This document shows, one piece after another, positions 46,474-54,870 of a stretch of 64,000 nt of DNA. The stretch is from a virus. Position 1 is the first letter of the stretch. The number at the start of each line of letters is the position of its first letter. The DNA is taken from the IMG/VR virus record IMGVR_UViG_3300047509_000270, positions 6,899-70,898 of that record, one strand, 5' to 3'. Below the pieces are notes generated by a model. That model made no database searches and was not told the origin of the DNA. It saw only the letters and a list, made by a program, of their open reading frames with translations. Position numbers and translations under genes: made by a program.

Positions 46474-46754
46474 GCGACGACTTCGAGCGGATCCGGGACA
46501 TGATCGCCGACGCCAACGAGGAGGCTCTCCTGGCGGACGGCTTCGAGGACGCGCTGATCGGCTACGTCGAGATCTTCCACAAGCTGATCGCGCTCTACGA
46601 CAAGGAGAAGTGCATCGAGATCCTGATGGTCCGGGACGGCATGAGCTACGAGGGCGCCCACGACTACTTCTCGTTCAACGTCCAGGACGCCTTCATGGGA
46701 GAGGGGACTCCGGCGTTCGCGACGATCCTGAAAAAGGTCGACCCTGCACACTAG
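46470..46754 (+). CDS. Conserved phage hypothetical protein
   Basis: ADGFEDALIG..YD..KCIEIL..DGM..A.DYFSFN...GEGTP. Confidence 0.7.
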   Translation: MSDDFERIRDMIADANEEALLADGFEDALIGYVEIFHKLIALYDKEKCIEILMVRDGMSYEGAHDYFSFNVQDAFMGEGTPAFATILKKVDPAH

Positions 46755-46811
46755 ATAAATTCTGTGCCGTACTGTATATAATCATCGTGGAAGAAGATTA
46801 TAGAGGTTGAA

Positions 46812-47078
46812 ATGGCTCGTGCACGGCGTAGTTCGATCAAGGGATGGATGCTTCGCACTTCAGAGCACAATGAGGACTTCGTCCTAGCCGTCGCGCGCAC
46901 TAAGGAAGACCTTCAGTACATCGCGGAGCAGTACGTTCTGAGCATTTACGAAGACCAGGACTACATCGAATCCTATGTTGATTTTCGCGCGAAAACGGTA
47001 AGAGTGTCTTTTGGAACGCACTCGGATCTTGAAGGGAACGGTCAGACGTTCTACATCAGCGAAGTCGAGATCCTCTAG
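46812..47078 (+). CDS. Hypothetical protein
   Basis: Between two 22-bp sites. Confidence 0.6.
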   Translation: MARARRSSIKGWMLRTSEHNEDFVLAVARTKEDLQYIAEQYVLSIYEDQDYIESYVDFRAKTVRVSFGTHSDLEGNGQTFYISEVEIL

Positions 47079-47113
47079 GTAATCTTCTCGGCAGAAGATA
47101 AAGCGAGGTTGTT

Positions 47114-47323
47114 ATGGCAAGGCGTCGGATGTGTCGTGGATGGGGAACCTACGGCGTTGGTCAGGGCGGAATCTTCGTCGCCGTGACCTGCTCCGAGTGC
47201 GACTCGACCAGGAAGTTGAAGGCGAACCTCCATGGAGAGGTTCACTTCCCGCCTCATACCCCAGTGTATCACGACAAACCCAGGAAGCCGGGCCGCAGCG
47301 GGCGGCGGTCGTACTGGAGGTAG
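47114..47323 (+). CDS. Small Cys/His protein
   Basis: CSEC..HFPPH. Confidence 0.55.
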   Translation: MARRRMCRGWGTYGVGQGGIFVAVTCSECDSTRKLKANLHGEVHFPPHTPVYHDKPRKPGRSGRRSYWR

Positions 47324-47325
47324 CC

Positions 47326-47508
47326 ATGACCAAGGCGCAGAGAGAAAAGGCGTACTTCGTGAGCATTACGCTCTACTCACCGAAAAAGAGGGGACGCCGA
47401 TCATTCATATCTGGAGGAGGCAAGTGCTACTCCAGCGGGTCGAAGGCGAGGAAGGTATACGAGACCCTCTTCAAGAGGGTCCATGGACGTGCCCCTATTT
47501 CCCTGTAA
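47326..47508 (+). CDS. Small basic protein
   Basis: GGAGG RBS, ATG 47326. Confidence 0.5.
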   Translation: MTKAQREKAYFVSITLYSPKKRGRRSFISGGGKCYSSGSKARKVYETLFKRVHGRAPISL

Positions 47509-47526
47509 TCTCTTAGCGGAGGACTT

Positions 47527-47814
47527 ATGGACGGCATGACTCCGGTCTCAGTCCTGGTCAACCCGGAAGGCGTGACGATCATCTCGATCAAGGGCAGCAC
47601 GACCTATAAAAGGCTAATCCCGTGGAAGGAGATGTACAAGCTCGGTCTCCGCGGCGAGAAGGTCACGGGCCCGGCCTTCACGAAGCAGCTCGCGAAGAAG
47701 GTGGACGAGCTGGTCGCCTCCAACGTCAAGAACATGGACTCCAACAAGGAGTTCCTGAAGAGAATGCGTCGGACGAAGGTTCTGCTGCCGCCTCGCCCGG
47801 CGGCGGCTCCCTAG
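47527..47814 (+). CDS. Hypothetical protein
   Basis: GGAGG RBS; ends at a 22-bp site. Confidence 0.6.
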   Translation: MDGMTPVSVLVNPEGVTIISIKGSTTYKRLIPWKEMYKLGLRGEKVTGPAFTKQLAKKVDELVASNVKNMDSNKEFLKRMRRTKVLLPPRPAAAP

Positions 47815-47837
47815 GTAATCTTCTTGGTGGAAGATAA

Positions 47838-48092
47838 ATGAACGACGAGGACAGGAAGCTGATCGAAGGGATCGACGCCGTCATGGAAGACCGTCCGATG
47901 AAGCACGAGTGCGAGAACTGCGGGGACGTCGGGATGGCGCCGGTCTCCAAGCTCCCTCCTGGCTGGAAGTACATCTCCGAGAACGACGAGCTCGTCGACA
48001 GCCTCGATGACCTGGACAGAAGGACGGTCATTGTGTGCGCCGTCTGCTTTGGTCTCGTGACGCGGATCATCAAGAAGTGGGCTCCCAAGTAA
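47838..48092 (+). CDS. Small zinc-finger protein
   Basis: CENC..CAVC; ATG immediately after one site, stop codon inside the next. Confidence 0.6.
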   Translation: MNDEDRKLIEGIDAVMEDRPMKHECENCGDVGMAPVSKLPPGWKYISENDELVDSLDDLDRRTVIVCAVCFGLVTRIIKKWAPK

Positions 48093-48111
48093 TCTTATCT
48101 GCGAAAGATAA

Positions 48112-48456
48112 ATGACCGTGTACACGGAGACTTCTAGAGCCTGGAGGTTCTCTCCGCACGCCATTGAGCGTCTAGCCAAGCGGATGAATCTGCTGATGGA
48201 CATGTCCGTCGAGGCGCAAATCTCGAAGACTCTGAACTCTGGTCAGGCGAAGCTGATTAGGGTGAACTACGGACGGACCCTCTACGAGATTCCGATCTTC
48301 GGAGTCCAGATGGTAGCCGTGTGCGACACAGAGGAGCACGTCGTCGTAACATTCATGGATGCGAAGAAGTGGCACCGGAAGCTGAACTGTCGTCGTACAC
48401 GGCACAAGAATTTCCGGCCGAAAGAATCGAAGGAATCGATCGACGAAGAGGAGTAG
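48112..48456 (+). CDS. DUF4258/RelE-like small protein
   Basis: FSPHAIERL...VVVTF. Confidence 0.5.
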   Translation: MTVYTETSRAWRFSPHAIERLAKRMNLLMDMSVEAQISKTLNSGQAKLIRVNYGRTLYEIPIFGVQMVAVCDTEEHVVVTFMDAKKWHRKLNCRRTRHKNFRPKESKESIDEEE

Positions 48457-48482
48457 ACAACCGCCGGTCTTGCTGGCATAAT
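48454..48482 (+). promoter_or_regulatory. Sigma70-like promoter
   Basis: TAGACA-N17-CATAAT followed by a TGCACT-N12-TGTGCA box at 48491-48514. Confidence 0.55.
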
Positions 48483-48534
48483 ACTTGGGCTGCACTCAAC
48501 TTCGGAACTGTGCATCGTGAAGAAGGAGAGAAGA

Positions 48535-48969
48535 ATGGAACTAGGTAGAGCCGCTTACATCACGTCAGGCCCCTCCATCAACCAACCGGCCGTACGTGTC
48601 GAACTCGTGAAGCTCGGGAACGGCTACATGACCGAGCTGATCGAGAACAGGCAGCAGCCGGAGCCGGAGGTCAAGGAGGACATCGCCACCGCGGTCGAGG
48701 CCGAACTCGATCCGCCGTCCGTGGACGAGCAGATCGACCGGATGGTCGAGGGGCTCGGCGCCTTCATGCGGTCGGTCCACGACAAAGGGGCCGGTGAGGA
48801 CTGGAAGGAGGACGGCGACAAGGAGAAGATCCGCGCGGCCGTCAAGCTGTTCATGCCGAACGTCGTTCGAAGCGATGTCGGAATCAAGCGGTACGTAGCG
48901 CCGCGTCAGGAGAGCCTCGTCTTCGAGTCGAAGAAATCTCTGATGGAGTACCTCGAGAAGAACCTGTAG
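48535..48969 (+). CDS. Hypothetical protein
   Basis: AAGGAG RBS. Confidence 0.65.
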   Translation: MELGRAAYITSGPSINQPAVRVELVKLGNGYMTELIENRQQPEPEVKEDIATAVEAELDPPSVDEQIDRMVEGLGAFMRSVHDKGAGEDWKEDGDKEKIRAAVKLFMPNVVRSDVGIKRYVAPRQESLVFESKKSLMEYLEKNL

Positions 48970-49004
48970 TCGACACGGCATAGGGAAGAAGAAGGAGAAG
49001 AGGG

Positions 49005-50408
49005 ATGTCGCTGCACATCGGAACGACCATACCGAGCGGTAAGCCGTTTCATCTCCAGGACGACCTGAGCGACGTCAAGCTGGCGATGCTCGCGCAGTCG
49101 AAGAAGGGGAAGACGTACGGCCTGGGCGTGATCCTGGAGGAGCTCTGCTACGCCGAGCGTCCATGGATCGCGACCGATCCGGCGAACAACCTCTATGGTC
49201 TCCGCGTCAAGCCGGACGGCAGTCCGAGCGGCCTGAAGGTCGTCGTGATCGGCGGGACGCACGGGGACCTGCCGTTCGAGAAGGACTCCGGCGACCGCCT
49301 CGCGGAGGCGCTCCTCGCGACGCCGACCTGTGCCGTGATCGATATCGCCTTCGAGTCGCTCGGGACGGTCCGTCACTTCATGACGGCCTTCGCCGGTCGC
49401 CTGATGCAGTCGAAGCCGGACCCGTCGCGCGTCATCTTCCTGGAGGAGGGTCAGGTCCTGATCCCCCAGAAGGCCCGCGGCCCGCAGATGGAGGCCTGCA
49501 AGTCCGCCGTCGCGAAGCTCGCGGTCGTCGGTGGGAACTTCGGCTACGGCGTCGTCGTCGCCAGCCAGCGGGCCGCGACGATTGACAAGGACGTACTCTC
49601 GCAGTGCGAGGGTCTCATCGTCATGGGGATGACCCACAACAAAGACCGTAAGACGGTCTGGGAGTGGATGGAAGCAAAGGACATCGACGAGCAGGCCGAG
49701 ACGGCCTTTGACGAGCTCGGTTCGTTGCAGCCGGGCGAAGCATATTACTGGAACCCGGGCGAGAATCGCCTGGAGAAGTTCATGTTCCGGAAACGGCACA
49801 CGCTCCATCCGCGCGAGATGAAGAAGCTGAAGATCCGTCCCGGCGAGGTGAAGCTCGGAGAGGCGACGAAGGTCGTCGAGCAGCTCCGCTCGCTGATGAC
49901 GCGGACGACCGTCTCTGTCCCTGACGGACCTAAGAAGAATCCGGAAAAATTCGGAAAGCGGTCCACCGGATTTGACGATCTGGCGAAGCTCCAGATCGAG
50001 AAGAGCGCGATTGAAGGCAACTACATGAATCAGGTGAGCCACCTGAAAGGCGAGTTGGAGCGCGAACGGAAGGCCAGAGTGGACGCCGAGCATCGTCTAC
50101 ACGCCGTTCGCGAGGCGCTCCAGCCGCAGTACGACAACCTACGTGTGCTCTTCGAGCAGTTGTCGTCGACGTCGGGACGCACCGTCTCGGATCGCGGTCC
50201 ATTCCTGAAGTGGCTCGAGAAGGCACCTAAGATCGGCATGAAGACGATGCTGGAGCACCTGCTCGAGAACGGCTCGGCGACACGCCAGCAGCTCGCGACG
50301 ATCGCCGGGGTCGCTCGGTCGACCGCGTACGACTACGTCGGTTGGATCCTCCGGAACCAGCTCGCCGAGGACACGGGTGGCCGGATCGTCCTTCGACCTG
50401 TCCACTAG
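49005..50408 (+). CDS. HerA/FtsK-superfamily ATPase with a coiled coil and C-terminal HTH
   Basis: Variant Walker A AQSKKGKT, Walker B IFLEE, ASQRAATIDKDVLSQ, L.PGEA; C-terminal LATIAGVARST. Confidence 0.8.
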   Translation: MSLHIGTTIPSGKPFHLQDDLSDVKLAMLAQSKKGKTYGLGVILEELCYAERPWIATDPANNLYGLRVKPDGSPSGLKVVVIGGTHGDLPFEKDSGDRLAEALLATPTCAVIDIAFESLGTVRHFMTAFAGRLMQSKPDPSRVIFLEEGQVLIPQKARGPQMEACKSAVAKLAVVGGNFGYGVVVASQRAATIDKDVLSQCEGLIVMGMTHNKDRKTVWEWMEAKDIDEQAETAFDELGSLQPGEAYYWNPGENRLEKFMFRKRHTLHPREMKKLKIRPGEVKLGEATKVVEQLRSLMTRTTVSVPDGPKKNPEKFGKRSTGFDDLAKLQIEKSAIEGNYMNQVSHLKGELERERKARVDAEHRLHAVREALQPQYDNLRVLFEQLSSTSGRTVSDRGPFLKWLEKAPKIGMKTMLEHLLENGSATRQQLATIAGVARSTAYDYVGWILRNQLAEDTGGRIVLRPVH

Positions 50409-50417
50409 AGGTGTACG

Positions 50418-50903
50418 ATGGAACCACGCGGCAGTTTCGGTGAGCGTATGGTGATGATCTGCGCCGTCTGCAACAACAATCACCACGACGGCGGCAAGGA
50501 AGTCTTCGTCCCGGACGCGACCGGCGTCGTTCGTCGAATGAAGTGCCCGCTCTGCTGCTGCCTGGACTGCGTCCAGATGGCCGACGATCCGATCCGCCGA
50601 CAGATCCGTCCGCTGATGATGGGCCAGACGCTCCAGTCGAAGTACAACCTGAGCGTCGAGGAGTACAAGCCCGGGCAGGCTCCGACCAGGAAGAACATCG
50701 AGATCAACGCTCCGGGTCCGCTCAATCTGAAAGACGCGATGGCACAGATCGGCGGGATGCTCGGCCTGCAGCCGTCGGCGACGGCGGCGCGACACAACCT
50801 CGGGCAGGCTGGATGCCGATGCGGGAAGAACGCCGTCTCGCGCTGCATCGGCTGCGAGGAGCCGCTCTGCATGAAGTGTCTGAAGGGCCACGAATGCGGG
50901 TAG
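50418..50903 (+). CDS. Cys-rich protein with a B-box-like C-terminus
   Basis: CRCGKNAVSRCIGCEEPLCMKC..H. Confidence 0.6.
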   Translation: MEPRGSFGERMVMICAVCNNNHHDGGKEVFVPDATGVVRRMKCPLCCCLDCVQMADDPIRRQIRPLMMGQTLQSKYNLSVEEYKPGQAPTRKNIEINAPGPLNLKDAMAQIGGMLGLQPSATAARHNLGQAGCRCGKNAVSRCIGCEEPLCMKCLKGHECG

Positions 50904-51009
50904 AAGGTAGGGCGCCGGGTGAACGTTTCCCGGCGCCCTGCAGAAGATGGAAGGAAAAGGAAATCTCAGTGTACCGCCGGTATAATTATACCTCAAGGAG
51001 GATCATCCG

Positions 51010-51342
51010 ATGGACAACGGCATCACGGTTCTGATGACGGCGCTGCCGGGACAGCGAGTCACCGACGAGAAGAGTCCCGAGGACGGTTCGATCCTGGCGT
51101 ACCGGAAGAACGGCGACGAGGTCCTGTTCGCCTCATGGGACGCCGAGACCTCGAAGGGCATGGTCTGGCTGCCGGTCGGCGAGTTCTCGCCGGATCCGGA
51201 GTCGATCCAGCCGCCGGACCTCGAGCAGCCCGGCCAGGAGCCTGCCGAGCCGGAGGCGGACGGCACGACGGAACGTCCGTCAACAGCAGGTCCGTTCGGT
51301 CGTGGCTCCGGTAGTCTCCGGCGCCGTCCGGGTGTGGAGTAG
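51010..51342 (+). CDS. Hypothetical protein
   Basis: AGGAGG RBS; TATAAT upstream. Confidence 0.6.
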   Translation: MDNGITVLMTALPGQRVTDEKSPEDGSILAYRKNGDEVLFASWDAETSKGMVWLPVGEFSPDPESIQPPDLEQPGQEPAEPEADGTTERPSTAGPFGRGSGSLRRRPGVE

Positions 51343-51344
51343 TC

Positions 51345-51728
51345 ATGGGAAAGAAGGGAAAGCCGGACGAGCCGGAGCAGTTCGAAGTCTGGATCTCGAA
51401 GGTCGACGGCTGGAGTCAGGTCCAGGAGGGCGGCAACGGCGGCGTCTTCCCGAACAGGAACCGGGCGATGCTCCTGGCCGAGTCGAAGTCCCACGGGGAA
51501 GGCGTCATCGAGACCATGGTCATCGCGCGTAAGCCGATCGTCGTGTTCAACGGCGAGGCGATCGGCGTGAAGCATCTTGTCGGCGCCGTCGAGAAGAAGA
51601 AGGAGATCAAGGATGCCCCGATTCACAGCGGTAGTTCGCAAACGGTCAACATTCCGGACGCCGGTCTTGCAGACCAACCTGAAGCCGGTCCTGGTGGGGC
51701 CGGACGGGAAGGAACTGCTCAAGGATGA
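51345..51728 (+). CDS. Hypothetical protein
   Basis: GGAG RBS. Confidence 0.55.
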   Translation: MGKKGKPDEPEQFEVWISKVDGWSQVQEGGNGGVFPNRNRAMLLAESKSHGEGVIETMVIARKPIVVFNGEAIGVKHLVGAVEKKKEIKDAPIHSGSSQTVNIPDAGLADQPEAGPGGAGREGTAQG

Positions 51729-51972
51729 CAAGGGCGTCTACATCGGCACCGGCACGCAGAAGTTCGAGGTCACGACGACCGACTCGACCGACGACCCGCT
51801 GACCGACGAGGCCGGAAACCCGGTCACGGCCGGATCGCCGGAGGCGCTCCTCCGGAAGGTCAAGGAGCACTTCGCCGCGGAGGAGTTCGAGAATGTCGAG
51901 ATCCTGGAGGTCTCCGTCCAGGAGACCCTGACCATGCGGAAGGTCACCGGAGAGGAGCTCGCGAAGCTGTGA
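51613..51972 (+). CDS. Hypothetical protein
   Basis: ATG 51613 after AGGAG; overlaps the upstream gene. Confidence 0.55.
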   Translation: MPRFTAVVRKRSTFRTPVLQTNLKPVLVGPDGKELLKDDKGVYIGTGTQKFEVTTTDSTDDPLTDEAGNPVTAGSPEALLRKVKEHFAAEEFENVEILEVSVQETLTMRKVTGEELAKL

Positions 51973-52247
51973 CGATCGAGGGGGACATTCCGGTCGCCTG
52001 CACGTCGTCCGGCGCGGTCTACCTGCTGGAGGCCGTCGTCGAGGTCAACGATGGCGAGGCGCTGCTGGCCCGGCGCGTGATCGAGGCGCAGGGCGTCAAC
52101 GCGCGCCTGACCGGGCTCCCCTGCGCGTCCTGCCGGTCCGTCGTCTCGACCGACCGCCGGACCGAGAAGGCCGAGGTCTGCACCTACCGGCCGCTCCGCG
52201 GGCCGCTGCACGTTCCAAGGCAACCCGGAGGCCAGCCCCCAGGCTGA
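51969..52247 (+). CDS. Hypothetical protein
   Basis: GTGA-coupled. Confidence 0.5.
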   Translation: MTIEGDIPVACTSSGAVYLLEAVVEVNDGEALLARRVIEAQGVNARLTGLPCASCRSVVSTDRRTEKAEVCTYRPLRGPLHVPRQPGGQPPG

Positions 52248-52266
52248 TCTCCCACACCCCTCACCT

Positions 52267-52303
52267 CGCCGGGGGCCCCTGTCCTATCTAGGGGCTCCCG
52301 GCG
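52267..52303 (+). terminator. GC-rich hairpin (terminator-like)
   Basis: CGCCGGGGGCCCCT...AGGGGCTCCCGGCG; no clear T tract. Confidence 0.4.
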
Positions 52304-52330
52304 CCCTTAGACCCCAGGTACGGAGGTTAA

Positions 52331-52780
52331 ATGAAGCAGGTTAAGCTCCGGAAGAGCGATCTCTTCGCCCTGGTGGACGACGAAGACTACGATCGAGTCT
52401 CGAAGTACAAGTGGACCATCGAGCTTAGGAAAAGAGGTCTTCGGTACGCGAGAGGAACGGTTGCCGGAAAGACCGTAAGGCTACACAGGTTCGTTTTGAA
52501 TCTTCCTCTTGGGGTCGGTAGCGTGGATCACGATGATGGCGACGGACTCAACAACACTAGGAAGAACCTCATCGAGACCACCCAAGCTGAGAACATGCGG
52601 AACGCCAGGGTTCATAGGGACTCAGCCTCTAAGTATAGAGGGGTCCTACTGATAAAAGGGAAGTGGAGAGCTCGCCTGACCCTTGGAACGTTCGACACAG
52701 AGGAGAAGGCCGCTGAGGCCTATAAAACCGCCTTTCAGGCCTACTTCGGGCACCCTCCAAAGCATCCATCTAAGGGGTGA
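52331..52780 (+). CDS. HNH-AP2 homing endonuclease
   Basis: ALVDDEDY, LHRFVL, VDH.DGDGLNN.R.NL, SKYRGV, LGTFDTEEKAAEAY. Confidence 0.88.
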   Translation: MKQVKLRKSDLFALVDDEDYDRVSKYKWTIELRKRGLRYARGTVAGKTVRLHRFVLNLPLGVGSVDHDDGDGLNNTRKNLIETTQAENMRNARVHRDSASKYRGVLLIKGKWRARLTLGTFDTEEKAAEAYKTAFQAYFGHPPKHPSKG

Positions 52781-52819
52781 AACGTACCCCTATAGCTGCA
52801 CACAATGGCCCTTCGGTGC

Positions 52820-53086
52820 CTAGCCCGCCCAGGCGGCGAGCTCCGGCTCGAAGACGCCGTCGTCGGTCGTGTCGTCGAGCCAGGAGGCCGCGGTCTCGAT
52901 CCAGTTCGAGATCTCGTCGTCGGTCATACCCTGGGAGCGACCGGCCTCGATCCAGTCCTGCTCGGTGTACTCGAAGAGCTTGCCCTTCTCCGCGAGGACC
53001 TCCAGGAACTCGTACATCTTCGCCTCCGGCGGATTCGACCGGGCGCCGCGCAGGAAGCGATCAAGTTCGGCCTGCAGATGGTTCAT
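52820..53086 (-). CDS. Acidic hypothetical protein
   Basis: TGATG-coupled to the upstream gene. Confidence 0.6.
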   Translation of the reverse strand: MNHLQAELDRFLRGARSNPPEAKMYEFLEVLAEKGKLFEYTEQDWIEAGRSQGMTDDEISNWIETAASWLDDTTDDGVFEPELAAWAG

Positions 53087-54189
53087 CAGTGGCTCCTGTA
53101 GGAAACGGACATGTCGACGTGGACCCAGCAGACGCGGCAGTCCTTCTCGCCCTTCGGGCCGCCCGCGCCCGCGCAGGTGTGGCCGTCGTGCTGGTAGGCC
53201 GGACAGATCCAGTCGGCCTTCCCGGCCTTGACCGGATCGACCTCGATCGAGTGCGCCGAGGATCCGTGGTCGAAGCCGTCGAGGTCCGGCGCGACGTCGC
53301 CGAAGTGCAGCGCCGACGGCCGGATCGACATGTTGTCCGGCGGCGGGTTCGCGCGGACCAGCTCATTGAACTTCGGGAAGGTCCACATGCGGGTCGGCGC
53401 CCAGAAGTTGACGTCCGGCATCGCCCGGGCGACGAGGCACCAGAGCAGGTAGGTGTTCGGCGCCAGCTGGAAGTCCCCGGAGTCGTGGATCCGGAAGAAC
53501 TTCGGGTTCTCCATGGCCTTCTCGCGCCGTTTCGCGTTCCCCTGGTGGGCGCTCAAGGCCTTCGCCATCCGGTCCGCTGCGCCGTCCAGGCCGTGGTGCT
53601 GGACCATGCCGCTCAGCCAGATCAGGCGGGCCGTCTGGGAGTACTGGGAGGTCCGGTGCATGTAGTTCGACTTCCCGGCGTAGCAGAAGTTGCAGATCCA
53701 CTCTGGCTTCGAGGCAGGGCGTTGCTCAACGTCACCTTGCTGGAGAGCGACGTTGTACTTCGACGTGTTTTTAAATAGCTCCGCAGAGGCGCAGGCTCCG
53801 CCGACCGACGGCGGACCTGCTGGGACCGACCAGGACGCCGCCGACATTTTCGATGTTTTTGTGAAAAGGGACGGAGCCGTCAACACAAACTCGTCAAAGT
53901 GGGAATGTAAAACCTTTTTAATGCCTCCTGCTTTTGTTCTGATAATCTTCGGCATCCCTGTCTTCGGATCCATTGTTTCTTCGGTCATGTATCCGAAGCG
54001 AATTCCAGGTGTCAGTTCTAGAGTGGGGTCCTTTCCGTGTAGAATCTTAAGATCGATAGTCTGGTTAAGGAATACCATGTACGCTTCGTTCCGGTTGATG
54101 ACGGTCCTCTTTAGGAACGGTGATGGGTTCTCGAATCCGACGAAGCGGATTCCAGACCCATCCAGTTCTGTGACGATCTCGCTCTCCAT
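53086..54189 (-). CDS. Gp88-like Cys-rich phage protein
   Basis: SKM...SWSVPA, CNFCYA.K..Y, FRIHDSGDF, FWAPTR, CPAY, CRVCW...SY..H. Confidence 0.75.
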   Translation of the reverse strand: MESEIVTELDGSGIRFVGFENPSPFLKRTVINRNEAYMVFLNQTIDLKILHGKDPTLELTPGIRFGYMTEETMDPKTGMPKIIRTKAGGIKKVLHSHFDEFVLTAPSLFTKTSKMSAASWSVPAGPPSVGGACASAELFKNTSKYNVALQQGDVEQRPASKPEWICNFCYAGKSNYMHRTSQYSQTARLIWLSGMVQHHGLDGAADRMAKALSAHQGNAKRREKAMENPKFFRIHDSGDFQLAPNTYLLWCLVARAMPDVNFWAPTRMWTFPKFNELVRANPPPDNMSIRPSALHFGDVAPDLDGFDHGSSAHSIEVDPVKAGKADWICPAYQHDGHTCAGAGGPKGEKDCRVCWVHVDMSVSYRSH

Positions 54190-54257
54190 GCGCCTCCCCT
54201 TTCAACCCATATAGTGTGCCAGTTCACGTCCTGCTGGTCTACTACTACAGGTCTCTC

Positions 54258-54638
54258 TTAGTTTCTACGAGGGCTCCATTTCTCGACCATCATCTCTACA
54301 AAGCTGGACTTCTCTTCCGGTGTCGACTGACTCCAGACTTCCTTAAAGCACTCCAGGAAGCCGTTCCATTTCCCGGCTTGCGGGCAGGCCGCCGGATTGC
54401 GGACGTCGAACTCAACGCCCCATGGGATCTTGTAGGCTACACGCAGGCGCTTCTTCTCGTTCCAGTACTTCACGCCGAACTTTCGGAAGAGCATCTTGCA
54501 GTTCTCACGCTCGTCCCGTGCAAGCATACTCTTGAAGATCCGTGAATAACAGCGAGGCGGCCGATGTCTCCACCGACGTAGAGCGGCCGACACCCTCGCG
54601 TCAAACCTCTTGCGCTTTTTGCTTCTCGTATCAAGCAC
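54258..54638 (-). CDS. Hypothetical protein
   Basis: ORF in the - strand operon. Confidence 0.5.
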   Translation of the reverse strand: MLDTRSKKRKRFDARVSAALRRWRHRPPRCYSRIFKSMLARDERENCKMLFRKFGVKYWNEKKRLRVAYKIPWGVEFDVRNPAACPQAGKWNGFLECFKEVWSQSTPEEKSSFVEMMVEKWSPRRN

Positions 54639-54641
54639 TCT

Positions 54642-54857
54642 TCACCTTAAAGGTGCCAACCTTGCCTTGAGACTTTCCAGGCGCTCCTCGAGCATCTTGA
54701 TCTCGGACTCCAAGGCGACCCGCTCTTGAGCGCCTTTAACTCTTGAGCACTCCGGGTTTCCACAAAGAACCCAGCGCGCCAAGTATGCCCTCGCATGATC
54801 AGGCTCGTACTCGAAGTAGCATCCGCAGTCAGAAATCCGGATCGTTGTTAATGGCAC
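54642..54857 (-). CDS. Hypothetical protein
   Basis: Cys pairs plus a coiled coil. Confidence 0.5.
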   Translation of the reverse strand: MPLTTIRISDCGCYFEYEPDHARAYLARWVLCGNPECSRVKGAQERVALESEIKMLEERLESLKARLAPLR

Positions 54858-54870
54858 TCTTTACCTCTGC

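Larger units (their letters stand above)
46779..48111 (+). repeat. Right array of 22-bp intergenic palindromes
   Basis: Copies at 46779-46800, 47080-47101, 47816-47837 and 48090-48111, plus a degenerate copy at 47506-47527. Confidence 0.85.

Noticed and set aside
39548-48111. 22-bp repeats as a CRISPR array
   Set aside because: The repeats are separated by whole genes of 250-440 bp rather than 30-40 bp spacers, have variable cores, and no cas genes are visible
51345-51972. Programmed frameshift between the overlapping ORFs
   Set aside because: The downstream ORF has its own RBS and ATG at 51613, and no canonical slippery heptamer is evident
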